Shown here: in pieces, positions 1 through 9,426 of the stretch
How positions within the stretch are numbered: position 1 is the first letter of the stretch
Layout: each line of letters begins with the position of its first letter
Assembly (NCBI GenBank): GCA_944358665.1
Contig: CALVRP010000092.1
Location: 1-34,650, forward strand
Origin: an uncultured Bacilli bacterium
Lineage (GTDB): Bacteria > Bacillota_I > Bacilli_A > RF39 > UBA660
Direction: 5' to 3'
DNA: 34,650 bases
Notes under the pieces: generated by a model
Database searches by the model: none
What the model was told of the DNA's origin: nothing
What the model saw: only the letters and a program-made list of their open reading frames with translations
Translations under genes and position numbers: made by a program

Positions 1-120
1 ATAACACAAATCTATGACGAAGAAAAAAATCCAATAGATATTGTTAGGCATCCAAAACAAATTGTTTATTTAAAAGTACCACAAAAAGTAAAAAAAGATT
101 TTATGTTAAAAAAAGCTTGA
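1..120 (+). CDS. 3' end of a CDS that begins upstream of the window (…ITQIYDEEKNPIDIVRHPKQIVYLKVPQKVKKDFMLKKA*); possibly the C-terminal domain of a U32-family peptidase
   Basis: Frame 1 is open from base 1 to the TGA at 118-120. The tail resembles C-termini of Bacillus YrrO-type U32 peptidases, which sit near greA, but this is from memory only. Confidence 0.35.
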   Translation: MTQIYDEEKNPIDIVRHPKQIVYLKVPQKVKKDFMLKKA

Positions 121-145
121 CAAACATAAAAAAAAAGAGTATCAT
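117..145 (+). promoter_or_regulatory. sigma-A type promoter candidate for greA (TTGACA-17 nt-TATCAT)
   Basis: TTGACA at 117-122 and TATCAT at 140-145 with a 17-nt spacer, about 35 nt upstream of the greA start. Confidence 0.45.
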
Positions 146-180
146 TCCTAATAATGTAATTAGAATTGCGAGGTGAAATT

Positions 181-645
181 ATGAATGAAGAAGTTTATGT
201 AACAGCCGAAGGTCTAGAAGATATGGAAAAAGAACTTGAATATTTGAAGATGGAAAAAAGGCCTGCTGTTATTGAAGCTTTAAAAGAAGCTCGTGCTCTA
301 GGTGATTTGAGTGAAAATGCTGAATATGATGCCGCTCGTAATGAACAAGCGGAAGTTGAAAATAGAATTAAAACATTAGAACAAATGCTAGAGAAGGCTA
401 CTGTAATTGAAAAAATCTCGACCGATAAAGTTTCTATTGGTAATACTGTTGAAATAGAATACGTTGAGGATGGTGATAAAGACACTTATCATATTGTTGG
501 TAGTCAAGAAGCTGATCCTTTCGAAAACAAAATTTCCAATGAATCTCCCATTGCTCAGGCAATTCTTAATTTAAAAGTCGGAGATATAGGAAAAGTAGAA
601 AGTCCTAATGGAGAATATGAAGTAAAAATTTTAAATATACATTAA
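181..645 (+). CDS. greA: Transcription elongation factor GreA
   Basis: ORF 166..645; the probable start is ATG 181, preceded by GAGGTG (170-175). MNEEVYVTAEGLEDMEKELEYLK…LGDLSENAEYDAARNEQ is the GreA/GreB coiled-coil signature. The length of about 154 aa is typical. Confidence 0.92.
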   Translation: MNEEVYVTAEGLEDMEKELEYLKMEKRPAVIEALKEARALGDLSENAEYDAARNEQAEVENRIKTLEQMLEKATVIEKISTDKVSIGNTVEIEYVEDGDKDTYHIVGSQEADPFENKISNESPIAQAILNLKVGDIGKVESPNGEYEVKILNIH

Positions 646-646
646 G

Positions 647-680
647 AATATAGCTTTAAATAGCTATATTTTTATTTTAA
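647..680 (+). terminator. Rho-independent terminator after greA
   Basis: Perfect 9-bp stem aatatagct (647-655) / agctatatt (662-670), followed by a T-rich tail. Confidence 0.7.
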
Positions 681-772
681 AATTAAAAAATTTATTTAAA
701 AAATAATATTTGACATATTTTTTTTACTTTTGGTAATAATATTAATGTTATAAAATAGAAAGGATGGAAAAT

Positions 773-1348
773 ATGGAAGAAAAACATGACACTAGTCGTA
801 ACATTATTATTGCTATAATTGTTATTGCAATTATTGCTGTACTTGGTTACTTTATTTATAATAGTACTTTAGATAATGATGAAGAAGCTATTACAAATGA
901 GGTAGAAGATATGGTAGATGATAATGACAATAATAATGAATTTGATGAGGTTGGTGCTTACTCTGGTATGGAAACATATGGTGATGAAGAAGCAACTGGA
1001 ACCATTGAACTTGTTTTAGCAGATGATGGTACTGCAACATTAGTATTAGCATATGATGAAACAAGTGAATATACTGGTACTTATAATAAAAATGGTGATA
1101 GTATAACTTTTACAGCAGATACTGAAGAGGAAACAGACACTAATAACTCTGTAATTGACGATGCCACTAATGATAATGATACTACTACTGGTGACGATAC
1201 TACAGGAACTACAAATGAAAGTACTAGCAATACAACGTTTAACTTTAGAATAGATAATGATACACTTTATTACACTAGTAAGGAAACTAATGAAGAAGTA
1301 ATGCTTGATAAAGTTGAACGTAATACTTTACAGTATATTGAAGAATAA
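773..1348 (+). CDS. Hypothetical membrane-anchored protein with an acidic, D/T/N-rich low-complexity ectodomain
   Basis: ORF 764..1348; ATG 773 has better spacing to AAGGA (760-764). There is one N-terminal TM helix (IIIAIIVIAIIAVLGYFIY) followed by D/E/T/N-rich sequence. No family was recognised. Confidence 0.6.
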   Translation: MEEKHDTSRNIIIAIIVIAIIAVLGYFIYNSTLDNDEEAITNEVEDMVDDNDNNNEFDEVGAYSGMETYGDEEATGTIELVLADDGTATLVLAYDETSEYTGTYNKNGDSITFTADTEEETDTNNSVIDDATNDNDTTTGDDTTGTTNESTSNTTFNFRIDNDTLYYTSKETNEEVMLDKVERNTLQYIEE

Positions 1349-1349
1349 G

Positions 1350-1375
1350 AATACTAATATTTTAGTATTTTTTTT
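1350..1375 (+). terminator. Rho-independent terminator
   Basis: Stem aatactaa (1350-1357) / ttagtatt (1362-1369), followed by a T-run. Confidence 0.7.
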
Positions 1376-1383
1376 AAATGTCT

Positions 1384-1411
1384 TTGTTTATTTATGAAAA
1401 ATTGGTATAAT
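1384..1411 (+). promoter_or_regulatory. Promoter candidate for pyk (TTGTTT … TGgTATAAT extended -10)
   Basis: TATAAT at 1406-1411 with TG at 1403-1404; TTGTTT at 1384-1389. Confidence 0.4.
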
Positions 1412-1432
1412 TATAATAAGGAGGCGTTAATT

Positions 1433-2845
1433 ATGAATAAAACAAAAATAATCGCCACAGTCGGGCAAAATAATTGTGATGAAGAAACTTTAGAAGAATT
1501 AATAAAAGCCGGGACAGATGTTATTCGCTTTAATATGAGTTACGCTGATTATGATTTTTGTAAAGATGTAATTCTAACAATTGATAATTTAAATAAAAAA
1601 CTTGGAACATTTGTATCTACAATGATGGATCTTGAAGGTTCTTGTCTAAGAACTGGTAAATTCATTGGTGGAAAAGCAACTTTTAAAAAGAAAGATAAGA
1701 TAAGAATATATACTGATGATTCTCTTGGGGATTTAACGCATTTTAGTGTTAATTATCCAGGACTTATTAATGATCTTAAATATCAAAATGTTATTAAATT
1801 AAACGAGGGTTTAGTTGAAATGCAAGTTATTGAAAAAGGTATGGATTATGTTGTATGTCAAGTACTAAAAGGTGGTACGGTTAAAGATAACTCTAAAATA
1901 TATATTCCAAACCTTTCTTTAAATAAAAAATTTGTTACAAAAAAAGATAAAGAGGATATTTTGTTTGCTCATAAAATAGGTGTTGATTTTTTAGTCGTAT
2001 CAAATGTTTCTAGTAGTGAAGATGTTCTAGAAGTAAATGATTTATTAATTGAACTGGGGAATAATCATATGGCCATTTTGGCAAAGATTGAAAATAAAAA
2101 TGCCATATTAGATATGGATAATATTATCAATGTGGCTGATGGTATCGTTTTAGCTCGTAATGATGTGGCTGTAGAAATTCCGATGGAAGAGGTGCCGAGT
2201 GTTAAACATAAAGTAATAACTAAGTGTCAGCAAAAAGGAAAACTTAGTGTTATTAGCGCTGAGCTTACAAGTTTTATGCAAAAGGCTATTATTCCAAATA
2301 GGGCTGAGGTTTCAGATATTGCTAATGCCGTTACTGATGGTGTTGATGCTTTAATGTTAACTGCAGAGACAACAATTGGATTGCATCCAGTAGAAGCTGT
2401 AAAGACAATGGAAACTGTGATAACAGCTGCTGAAGAAAACATAAATTATGAATATTTTTTTGAAACTTCATTAAAAACAGAAGCTAAAAGTATTACTAAC
2501 ACTATTTCATCTAGTGTTGTATTAGGTGCAAGAGAGCTTGAATGTAAAGCTATTATTGTGGCTACTAATACTGGTTATACAGCTAAAAGAATGAGTCGTT
2601 TTAGACCACCTTGCCCAATCATTGCCGCTGCCCAAAATATAAATGTTGTTAAAAGTTTAACTTTACATTTTGGAATTTTACCAATAAAAGTGAATGAAGA
2701 TGATTTTGATTTATTAGCTGAAGAATCAAAACAAATTGTCGCTGAGAATTTAGGTTTAAAACCAGGTGACAAAGTAATTATTACAGGTGGTTTTCCGTTT
2801 AAAAAGGTAAAACACACTAACTTTATGAAAATCGAAGAAATATAA
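1433..2845 (+). CDS. pyk: Pyruvate kinase family protein (divergent motifs)
   Basis: ORF 1394..2845; the probable start is ATG 1433 after AAGGAGG. It is collinear with bacterial PK: KIIATVG…, RFNMSYA (cf. RLNFSHG), DLEGSCLR (cf. DTKGPEIR), AKIEN, LARNDVAVEIP (cf. ARGDLGVEIP), PNRAEVSDIANAV, MLTAETTIG. Confidence 0.8.
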   Translation: MNKTKIIATVGQNNCDEETLEELIKAGTDVIRFNMSYADYDFCKDVILTIDNLNKKLGTFVSTMMDLEGSCLRTGKFIGGKATFKKKDKIRIYTDDSLGDLTHFSVNYPGLINDLKYQNVIKLNEGLVEMQVIEKGMDYVVCQVLKGGTVKDNSKIYIPNLSLNKKFVTKKDKEDILFAHKIGVDFLVVSNVSSSEDVLEVNDLLIELGNNHMAILAKIENKNAILDMDNIINVADGIVLARNDVAVEIPMEEVPSVKHKVITKCQQKGKLSVISAELTSFMQKAIIPNRAEVSDIANAVTDGVDALMLTAETTIGLHPVEAVKTMETVITAAEENINYEYFFETSLKTEAKSITNTISSSVVLGARELECKAIIVATNTGYTAKRMSRFRPPCPIIAAAQNINVVKSLTLHFGILPIKVNEDDFDLLAEESKQIVAENLGLKPGDKVIITGGFPFKKVKHTNFMKIEEI

Positions 2846-2857
2846 GGGGTGAAGAAT

Positions 2858-5257
2858 ATGTATAATTTAGGGGAGCAGTTTAAGTTAAATATGGAGCGAG
2901 CTCTCGCGAAGCATGCAAATGTTACAGCGGGAACTAAATATCGTTTTACTGTTTTAACATCAAGAGTTATTAGATTAGAATATAGCCCTAGTGGTATTTT
3001 TACTGATGCTCCAACTGAACTTGTCTGGTATCGTGATTTGCCTAATGCTAAGTTTAAAGTAAACGAAAGTAATACGTCTTTAGAAATCGTTACAGATTAT
3101 TTTAAACTTATTTATGTTAAGGAGCAACCATTTGCTGGTAACAAAGTAAATCCTTCAGCTAATTTAAAAGTTGAACTTTTAGGGACGGATAGATATTGGT
3201 ATTTTGGTCATCCAGAAGTTCGTAACCTAGGTCTTCCACAAACCACGTTAGAAGGAATAAACATCAAACAAAAAGGTCTTTACTCAGCTGATGGTATTGC
3301 CAGTATTGATGATAGTAATAGTAAGATATTTAATGAAGATGGCACGGTATCTATAAGACAAAATGAAGAAATTGATATATATTTGTTTATGTATCATAAA
3401 GATTATGAAGAAGCTTTAAAAGATTATTATGAATTAACTGGTTATCCCGCATTAATTCCAAGATAAGCTTTAGGAAATTGGTGGAGTCGCAATAATAATT
3501 ATGATGATTTAGAATTGAAAGAATTAGTTGATAGTTTTGAAAAACAAGAAATACCGCTATCTATTGTTGTTTTAGATAAAGATTGGCATAAAAGGGCTTA
3601 TAATAAAAAAGAACATTTAAAAACTGGTTTTACCTTTAATGATGAATACTTTAAAAATCCGGCAGCTATGATTAATTATCTTCATGGAAAAAGCATTCGA
3701 TTAGGACTTAGTGTTGATCCTACAGAAGGAATTTATAATATCGACAATAATTATAGCGAGGCTTTAAAATATTTAGAGGAGCACGATGGTAAAATTCCGT
3801 TTAATGTTTATGATCCTAGATTTATTGATGTTTATTTAAAACTTTTTATTCATCCTTTAGATGAGATGGGAATTGATTTCTTTTGGTTAGACTTTTTTGA
3901 TAAAGATAAATTAGAAGAAGAGGCTTTATTGAAACACTATCAATTCTATGATATGATGCGTGATTATAAAAGAAGACCGATGGTTTTGGCAAAAAACACT
4001 TTAATAGCTCCACATCGTTATCCAGTGTTATATTCTGGTAAATCAGTTGTTAGCTGGGAAACTTTGAAACAAATTCCAAAACATAATATTATGTCATTTC
4101 ATAATGGAGCTAATATGTGGGCTCATGATATTGGAGGTTATTTTAAAGGAGCAGAAGATAGTGAACTATATACACGTTTTGTGCAGCTAGGATGTTTTTC
4201 ACCGATTTTAAAATTTGGCGCTGATAAAGGGAAATATTATAAGAGGGAGCCTTGGCGTTGGGATATTAAGACTTATACAATTGTTAAAGATTATCTAAAT
4301 CTTCGTCATAAATTAATTCCTTATATTTATAGTGAAGTTTATAAGTATCATAAATTTGGAACCCCACTTATTAAACCACTTTATTATACTAACCCTGATT
4401 TATATGACGATGTTCTTTATAGTAATGAATATTATTTTGGCGGAGGATTGTTTGTCTGTCCAATTATTACAAGTAAAGATTATGTCATGGATCGTTCTGT
4501 TCATAACTTCTATATTCCAGAAGGCACATGGTATGATTTTGTTACTGGGAAAAAATTCCCAGGAGGTAAAAATTATATATCATTCTTTAGAGATCAGGAA
4601 TATCCGGTTTTTGCCAAAGCTGGAGCAATTATTCAAATGAGAAAAAATGAAAGTATAAATGATACAACCCCACCAACTAATATGGAAATTGATATTTTCC
4701 CAGGCAAAAGCAATTCTTATACTTTGTTTGAAGATGATGGAGAAAGTGACTTGTATCGTAAAGACTTTTATTTACTTACTGAAATAGAATATAATTATTT
4801 GCCTAATAATTATAGTGTTATTATTAGAGCTAAAGAGGGTAAAAGTGGCATTATCCCTGAAAAAAGAAATTATAAAATTATTTTCAGGAACACTAAAAGA
4901 ACTGATGATGTTAAAGTTTACAGTAACAGAGATGAAATATCCTTTAAAACTTATGTTGATGGCCCAAACTTTGTTGTTGAAGTACCGGATGTTAACACAA
5001 TCGGACAGTTAACTGTTAATTGCAAAGGTAAAGATATTGAAATTGATGCTGTTCATTTAATTAATAAAGAGATAGAAGAAATTATTAGTGACTTGCAGAT
5101 TACTACTGAATTAAAAGAAAAGATTGATGACATCTTATTTGGCACCCTCGAAATTAAAAAGAAAAGAATTGAAATTAGAAAACTCGCTAAACAGGGCCTT
5201 GATAAGAAATTTATTAAAATGTTCTTAAAACTATTAGAATATATCGATCAAATATAA
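2858..5257 (+). pseudogene. GH31-family alpha-glucosidase/alpha-xylosidase interrupted by a single in-frame TAA (3467-3469)
   Basis: ORFs 2849..3466 and 3515..5257 are in the same frame. The sequence reads …GYPALIPR*ALGNWWSRNNNYDD…, so the stop sits where GH31 proteins carry the aromatic residue of the P-x-[WY]-ALG motif. Downstream GH31 hallmarks are intact (GIDFFWLDFFD, WAHDIGGY, RFVQLGCFSPILKF). The likely start is ATG 2858 after AAGGGG. Confidence 0.8.
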
Positions 5258-5307
5258 GATATTTTAGTATTTAATTTTATTAAAATACTTGAATATCTTT
5301 TTTTTTT
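5257..5307 (+). terminator. Rho-independent terminator after the GH31 gene
   Basis: Interrupted stem agatatt/agtattt (5257-5272) pairing with aaatact/aatatct (5283-5298), followed by T10. Confidence 0.65.
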
Positions 5308-5317
5308 ATAATATAAT
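5289..5317 (+). promoter_or_regulatory. Promoter of the T-box leader (TTGAAT-17 nt-TATAAT)
   Basis: TTGAAT at 5289-5294 and TATAAT at 5312-5317 with a 17-nt spacer. Confidence 0.55.
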
Positions 5318-5323
5318 GTAATA

Positions 5324-5537
5324 GACAAAGCGATGATTAAGAGTAGTAATAGTAAAGCCTTTTATAGAGAAAAAGTGGCCGGTGAAAACTTTTAAAGGAT
5401 AGCTGTGAACTTACTTATGAGCTGCATATATGATAAGTGTATGACGAATAGACGCGTTAAGTCTTGAGGTAATCAAAGTATTATGAAATAGGGTGGTACC
5501 ACGTTATAAACGTCCCTATATACATAATACTTTTTTG
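5324..5537 (+). promoter_or_regulatory. T-box riboswitch leader, leucine specifier (CUU)
   Basis: The conserved elements occur in the canonical order. AGCGATGA…AGAGTA is the GA/K-turn. AGAGA…GGTGAAA is the Stem I AG bulge and distal loop. GAA-CTT-A (specifier CTT at 5410-5412) sits on the 3' strand of Stem I. GCGTTA is F-box-like. AAATAGGGTGGTACCACG (5487-5503) is the T-box sequence. A hairpin and T-run (5531-5536) follow. Confidence 0.85.
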
Positions 5538-5569
5538 TTAAATTTTAGTAGTAAAGGTGGTGATTTATT

Positions 5570-6562
5570 GTGTTAGATTCTAATTTTAATCGAATAATTG
5601 AAATGATTGAAAAAAGAAAAAATAATGCTTATAGAAAAGTAAATGAAGAGATGATATTACTTTATCTAGATGTCGGCAAATTTTTATATGAATTAACAGA
5701 AAAAGGAAGTTATGGAGATAAAGTTATTGATAAGGCTGCTGATTTCATGAAAAATAATTATCCAGATATAAAAGGCTTTACTAAAAGAAATCTTTATAGA
5801 ATGGTTCAATTTTATAAAACGTATAAAAATTATCCAAAAGTGTCAACACTGTTGACACAATTGAGTTGGTCTGGTAATATGCTTATTTTAAGTAATACTA
5901 AAACATGGGAAGAAAGAGAATTTTATTTAAATTTAGCTATAAAAGAAAATTATTCTGTAAGAGAATTAAATAGACAGTTACAATCTTCATATTACCAAAG
6001 ATATATGTTATCTGATGGAAAGGTATTGCCAACCCAAAAGAAAACCATTGACGAAAGCGATTACCCAAACACAAGATTACTAGATACATATAGTTTAGAG
6101 TTTTTAGATTTGCCAAATGAGTATTCTGAGAATGATTTAAAAACCGCCATAATTAAAAACTTAAAAGATTTTATTTTAGAAATTGGCAAAGATTTTACCT
6201 TTATTGGTGATGAATACCGAATACAAGTTGGGAATCATGATTATTTTATAGATTTATTATTTTATAATAGAGAATTATCTTGTTTGGTGGCTTTCGAGTT
6301 AAAATTAGGTGAATTTATGCCAGAGTATTTAGGTAAAATGAATTTTTATTTGGAAGCTTTAGATCGTGATGTTAAAAAAGAAAATGAAAATCCAAGCGTT
6401 GGTATTATTTTATGTAGCTCAAAGGATAAAGATGTGGTAGAATATTCACTTAGTAAAACCATGTCACAAACATTAATTTCTGAATATAAATTAAAATTGA
6501 TTGATAAAAAAATATTAGAAGATAAATTAAGTGAAATGAAACAATTATTAGATAATAACTAA
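5570..6562 (+). CDS. PD-(D/E)XK nuclease family protein, DUF1016/YhcG-like
   Basis: GTG start after AAAGGTGGTGA. It has an N-terminal helical region and a C-terminal …IDLLFYNRELSCLVAFELKLGEF… (D…E-x-K nuclease core), the layout I recall for YhcG/DUF1016 proteins. Confidence 0.7.
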   Translation: MLDSNFNRIIEMIEKRKNNAYRKVNEEMILLYLDVGKFLYELTEKGSYGDKVIDKAADFMKNNYPDIKGFTKRNLYRMVQFYKTYKNYPKVSTLLTQLSWSGNMLILSNTKTWEEREFYLNLAIKENYSVRELNRQLQSSYYQRYMLSDGKVLPTQKKTIDESDYPNTRLLDTYSLEFLDLPNEYSENDLKTAIIKNLKDFILEIGKDFTFIGDEYRIQVGNHDYFIDLLFYNRELSCLVAFELKLGEFMPEYLGKMNFYLEALDRDVKKENENPSVGIILCSSKDKDVVEYSLSKTMSQTLISEYKLKLIDKKILEDKLSEMKQLLDNN

Positions 6563-6573
6563 AGGGAGGATTT

Positions 6574-6918
6574 ATGGATTATATATTTACATTTATATTT
6601 TGTTTTTTAGTAATTTATTTACTATATTTATTTGTTATTATTTTAAGAAAAAAAGGTTTAGAAAAATTTAAAACAAGTAAGCAATTAGAATATTTTAAAA
6701 TAAAATTTAAATTAGATACGACTAAGATAAATTTTAAAAAATTTGCAAATACACTAGCAATGACTAATGCATTTATAATTGCTTTTACGGTAACGGTTAT
6801 TGATATATTTGATAATTGGATTTTAAAAATCTTAGTGGCCTTTGTTATTTTACTGCCACTGATGTATTTATTATATACAATATTAGGAAACCATTATAAA
6901 AAGAAAGAAGGTAAATAA
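6574..6918 (+). CDS. Small integral membrane protein (about 3 TM), unknown function
   Basis: ATG follows GGGAGG. It has hydrophobic helices. Its stop TAA (6916-6918) overlaps the leuS ATG (6918-6920) as TAATG, implying translational coupling. Confidence 0.55.
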   Translation: MDYIFTFIFCFLVIYLLYLFVIILRKKGLEKFKTSKQLEYFKIKFKLDTTKINFKKFANTLAMTNAFIIAFTVTVIDIFDNWILKILVAFVILLPLMYLLYTILGNHYKKKEGK

Positions 6919-9314
6919 TGTATAATTTTAAAGAAATTGAAAAAAAGTGGCAAAAATATTGGGAAGAAAATGAAACATATAAATTTGATTTTAATGGCGA
7001 TAATAAAATATATTGTTTAGAAATGTTTTCTTATCCATCAGGAGCAAAATTACATCTAGGACATTGGTATAATTATTCAGTGCCTGATACTTGGGTAAGA
7101 TTTAAAAGAATGAATGGTTATAATGTTTATCAACCGATGGGCTTTGATGCGTTTGGCCTTCCTGCTGAAAATTACGCGATTAAAACCGGGATTCATCCCA
7201 AAGATAGTACTGAAGCTAATATTAAAAATATGATTGAGCAAATTAAAGCCATTGGTGGTACTTTTGATTGGCATAATGATGTTGTAACCTGTAGGCCTGA
7301 ATATTATAAATGGACGCAGTGGATGTTTTTAAAACTTTATGAACATGGTCTTGCTTATCAAAAAGAAGCACCTGTTAACTGGTGTCCATCTTGTAATACG
7401 GTTTTAGCCAATGAACAAGCTCAAGGCGGAATTTGTGAAAGATGTGGTAGTGAAGTTATTCATAAGAATTTAAAACAATGGTTGTTTAAAATTACTGATT
7501 ATGCGGATCAGTTAATTGATGACTTAGATAAAATTGATTGGCCTGAGAAAACTAAGACTGCGCAAAAAAATTGGATTGGTCGTAGTAAAGGCGCAATTAT
7601 TAAATTTAAAATAAAAGATTCTGAAGAAAGTTTTGAGGTTTTCACAACTAGATGTGATACTTTGTACGGTTGTACTTATTGTGTGTTGGCCCCTGAAAAT
7701 CCATTAGTTGATAAAATCGTTAAAGAAGAAAATTTAAATGCTGTGGAAAAATACAAAAAAGAAACATCTAAACTAAGTGAGATTGATAGGACTTCAACAG
7801 TAAAAGAAAAAACAGGTGTTTTTACGGGGGCTTATGCCATAAATCCAATAAATGGCAGAGAAGTACCAATTTGGATTTCTGATTATGTATTAGCAAGCTA
7901 TGGAACTGGTGCTGTAATGGCTGTTCCGGCTCATGATGAACGTGATTTTGAATTTGCTACTAAATTTAATTTACGAATTATTAGAGTTATTGAAGGCTGT
8001 GATCTTCCTTATATAGAAGAAGGTAAATATGTAAATTCTCCAATATTAGATGGATTTAGTAGTAAAGAAGAGGCTATTAATAAAATGATAGAATTTTTAG
8101 AAGAAAATAACTATGGTTACAAAAAAGTAAATTACCGTTTAAGAGACTGGTCTGTAGGCCGTCAAAGATATTGGGGAGCGCCAATTCCAATTATTTATTG
8201 TGATGATTGTGGTGTTGTACCAGTTCCTGAAGAAGATCTTCCAGTAGAGCTTCCTTATAATGTAGAATTCACACCAGATGGTGAAAGCCCTCTTGCTAAA
8301 TGTGAAGAATTTGTTAATTGTACTTGTCCAAAATGTGGCAAAAAAGCCAAAAGAGAAGTTGATACTTTAGATACCTTTGTATGTTCTTCTTGGTATCAAT
8401 TTAGATATGCTGATCCATTCAACAAGGAAATGCCTTTTTCAAAAGAAAAAGTAAATAAGATGCTTCCGGTCGATAAATATATTGGTGGAGCTGAACACTC
8501 TTGTATGCATTTAATTTATTCAAGGTTCTTTACTAAAGCACTTCGTGATATGGGCTATCTAGATTTTGATGAACCTTTTGCATCGCTTATTCACCAAGGT
8601 TTAATTTTAGATGCTAATGGTGCCAAAATGAGTAAATCAAAAGGCAATACAATTTCTCCAGATGATTATGTCGATAAATATGGCAGTGATATTTTAAGGA
8701 CATATCTAATGTTTGCTTTTAGTTATACCGATGGTGGCCCTTGGAGTGAAGAGGGTATTAAATCAATTGATAGATTTTATAAACGTATTTTAAATTTAAT
8801 TGAAGAATTTGATGGTAATGATTCCGATGAACGTTATGATGATGTCGATTATGTTTTAAATAATAGTATTAAATGTATAAGAAACGATTTAGATAATTTT
8901 CAATTTAATACTTCAATTTCGAGAATTATGGAATATTTAAATATTCTAATCAAAAAGAAAAGCGAAGGACTAAGTATTCCTAAGCATTATTTAGAACAAC
9001 TTATTCTTATTCTTGCGCCTTTTGCTCCGCATTTCACTGAAGAAATGTGGGAAAAATTAGGTCATACACCGAGTATTCATAATGAAAAATATCCAATGTA
9101 TGACGAAAGTAAAATGGTAAAAAATACTTTTGAATTAGTTGTTCAAGTAAATGGTAAAGTTCGCGGTAAAATAACCGTTTCTAGTGATATTAGTAAAGAA
9201 GAAATGGAAGAAATCGCACTAAAAAACGATAATGTTAAAAAGCATATAGAAGGTAAGGGAATCATTAAAGTGATTGTTATTCCTAAAAAGTTAGTTAATA
9301 TTGTAGTTAAATAA
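6918..9314 (+). CDS. leuS: Leucyl-tRNA synthetase
   Basis: 798 aa. It has the HIGH motif (HLGHWYNY), KMSKS (KMSKSKGN), an editing-domain region ([15 protein letters not shown]) and zinc-type CPSC/CERC cysteines. Confidence 0.95.
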   Translation: MYNFKEIEKKWQKYWEENETYKFDFNGDNKIYCLEMFSYPSGAKLHLGHWYNYSVPDTWVRFKRMNGYNVYQPMGFDAFGLPAENYAIKTGIHPKDSTEANIKNMIEQIKAIGGTFDWHNDVVTCRPEYYKWTQWMFLKLYEHGLAYQKEAPVNWCPSCNTVLANEQAQGGICERCGSEVIHKNLKQWLFKITDYADQLIDDLDKIDWPEKTKTAQKNWIGRSKGAIIKFKIKDSEESFEVFTTRCDTLYGCTYCVLAPENPLVDKIVKEENLNAVEKYKKETSKLSEIDRTSTVKEKTGVFTGAYAINPINGREVPIWISDYVLASYGTGAVMAVPAHDERDFEFATKFNLRIIRVIEGCDLPYIEEGKYVNSPILDGFSSKEEAINKMIEFLEENNYGYKKVNYRLRDWSVGRQRYWGAPIPIIYCDDCGVVPVPEEDLPVELPYNVEFTPDGESPLAKCEEFVNCTCPKCGKKAKREVDTLDTFVCSSWYQFRYADPFNKEMPFSKEKVNKMLPVDKYIGGAEHSCMHLIYSRFFTKALRDMGYLDFDEPFASLIHQGLILDANGAKMSKSKGNTISPDDYVDKYGSDILRTYLMFAFSYTDGGPWSEEGIKSIDRFYKRILNLIEEFDGNDSDERYDDVDYVLNNSIKCIRNDLDNFQFNTSISRIMEYLNILIKKKSEGLSIPKHYLEQLILILAPFAPHFTEEMWEKLGHTPSIHNEKYPMYDESKMVKNTFELVVQVNGKVRGKITVSSDISKEEMEEIALKNDNVKKHIEGKGIIKVIVIPKKLVNIVVK

Positions 9315-9334
9315 GGAAAATTCCTTATTTTTTT
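9312..9334 (+). terminator. Rho-independent terminator after leuS
   Basis: taaggaa (9312-9318) / ttcctta (9321-9327) followed by T7. The stem includes the stop codon. Confidence 0.75.
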
Positions 9335-9426
9335 AATTTATATATAAATTAAAAAGGGTTTTAAAAACTTTTTTCTTATAATATTTATAGAGATAACTAG
9401 AAAAATATTATAAAGGAGGTTTTAGT

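Noticed and set aside
195-485. Antisense ORF inside greA. The same applies to the other opposite-strand track ORFs: 2227..2442, 2575..2817, 7077..7274, 10544..10732, 12080..12349, 13690..14040, 14257..14466, 15697..15885, 17567..17794, 20088..20309, 20496..20903, 22366..22692, 24180..24398, 24745..24957, 25383..25655, 26799..26984, 27180..27668 and 28563..28880.
   Set aside because: Each lies wholly within a well-supported gene on the other strand. They lack an RBS and have low-complexity shadow-frame composition.
3467-3469. Alternative genetic code or stop-codon reassignment as an explanation for the in-frame TAA
   Set aside because: All other long genes in the window are intact under the standard code. 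TAA, TGA (118-120; 22281-22283; the minus-strand gene ending at 12631) and TAG (25037-25039) are all used as terminators. I know of no bacterial code that reassigns TAA.
4332-5012. Same-strand out-of-frame ORFs inside real genes: 4332..4640 and 4815..5012 in the GH31 gene, and likewise 31185..31385 in the RhuM gene and 33828..34028 in the helicase.
   Set aside because: They overlap the recognisable reading frame and have no family resemblance. They are AT-rich frame artefacts.
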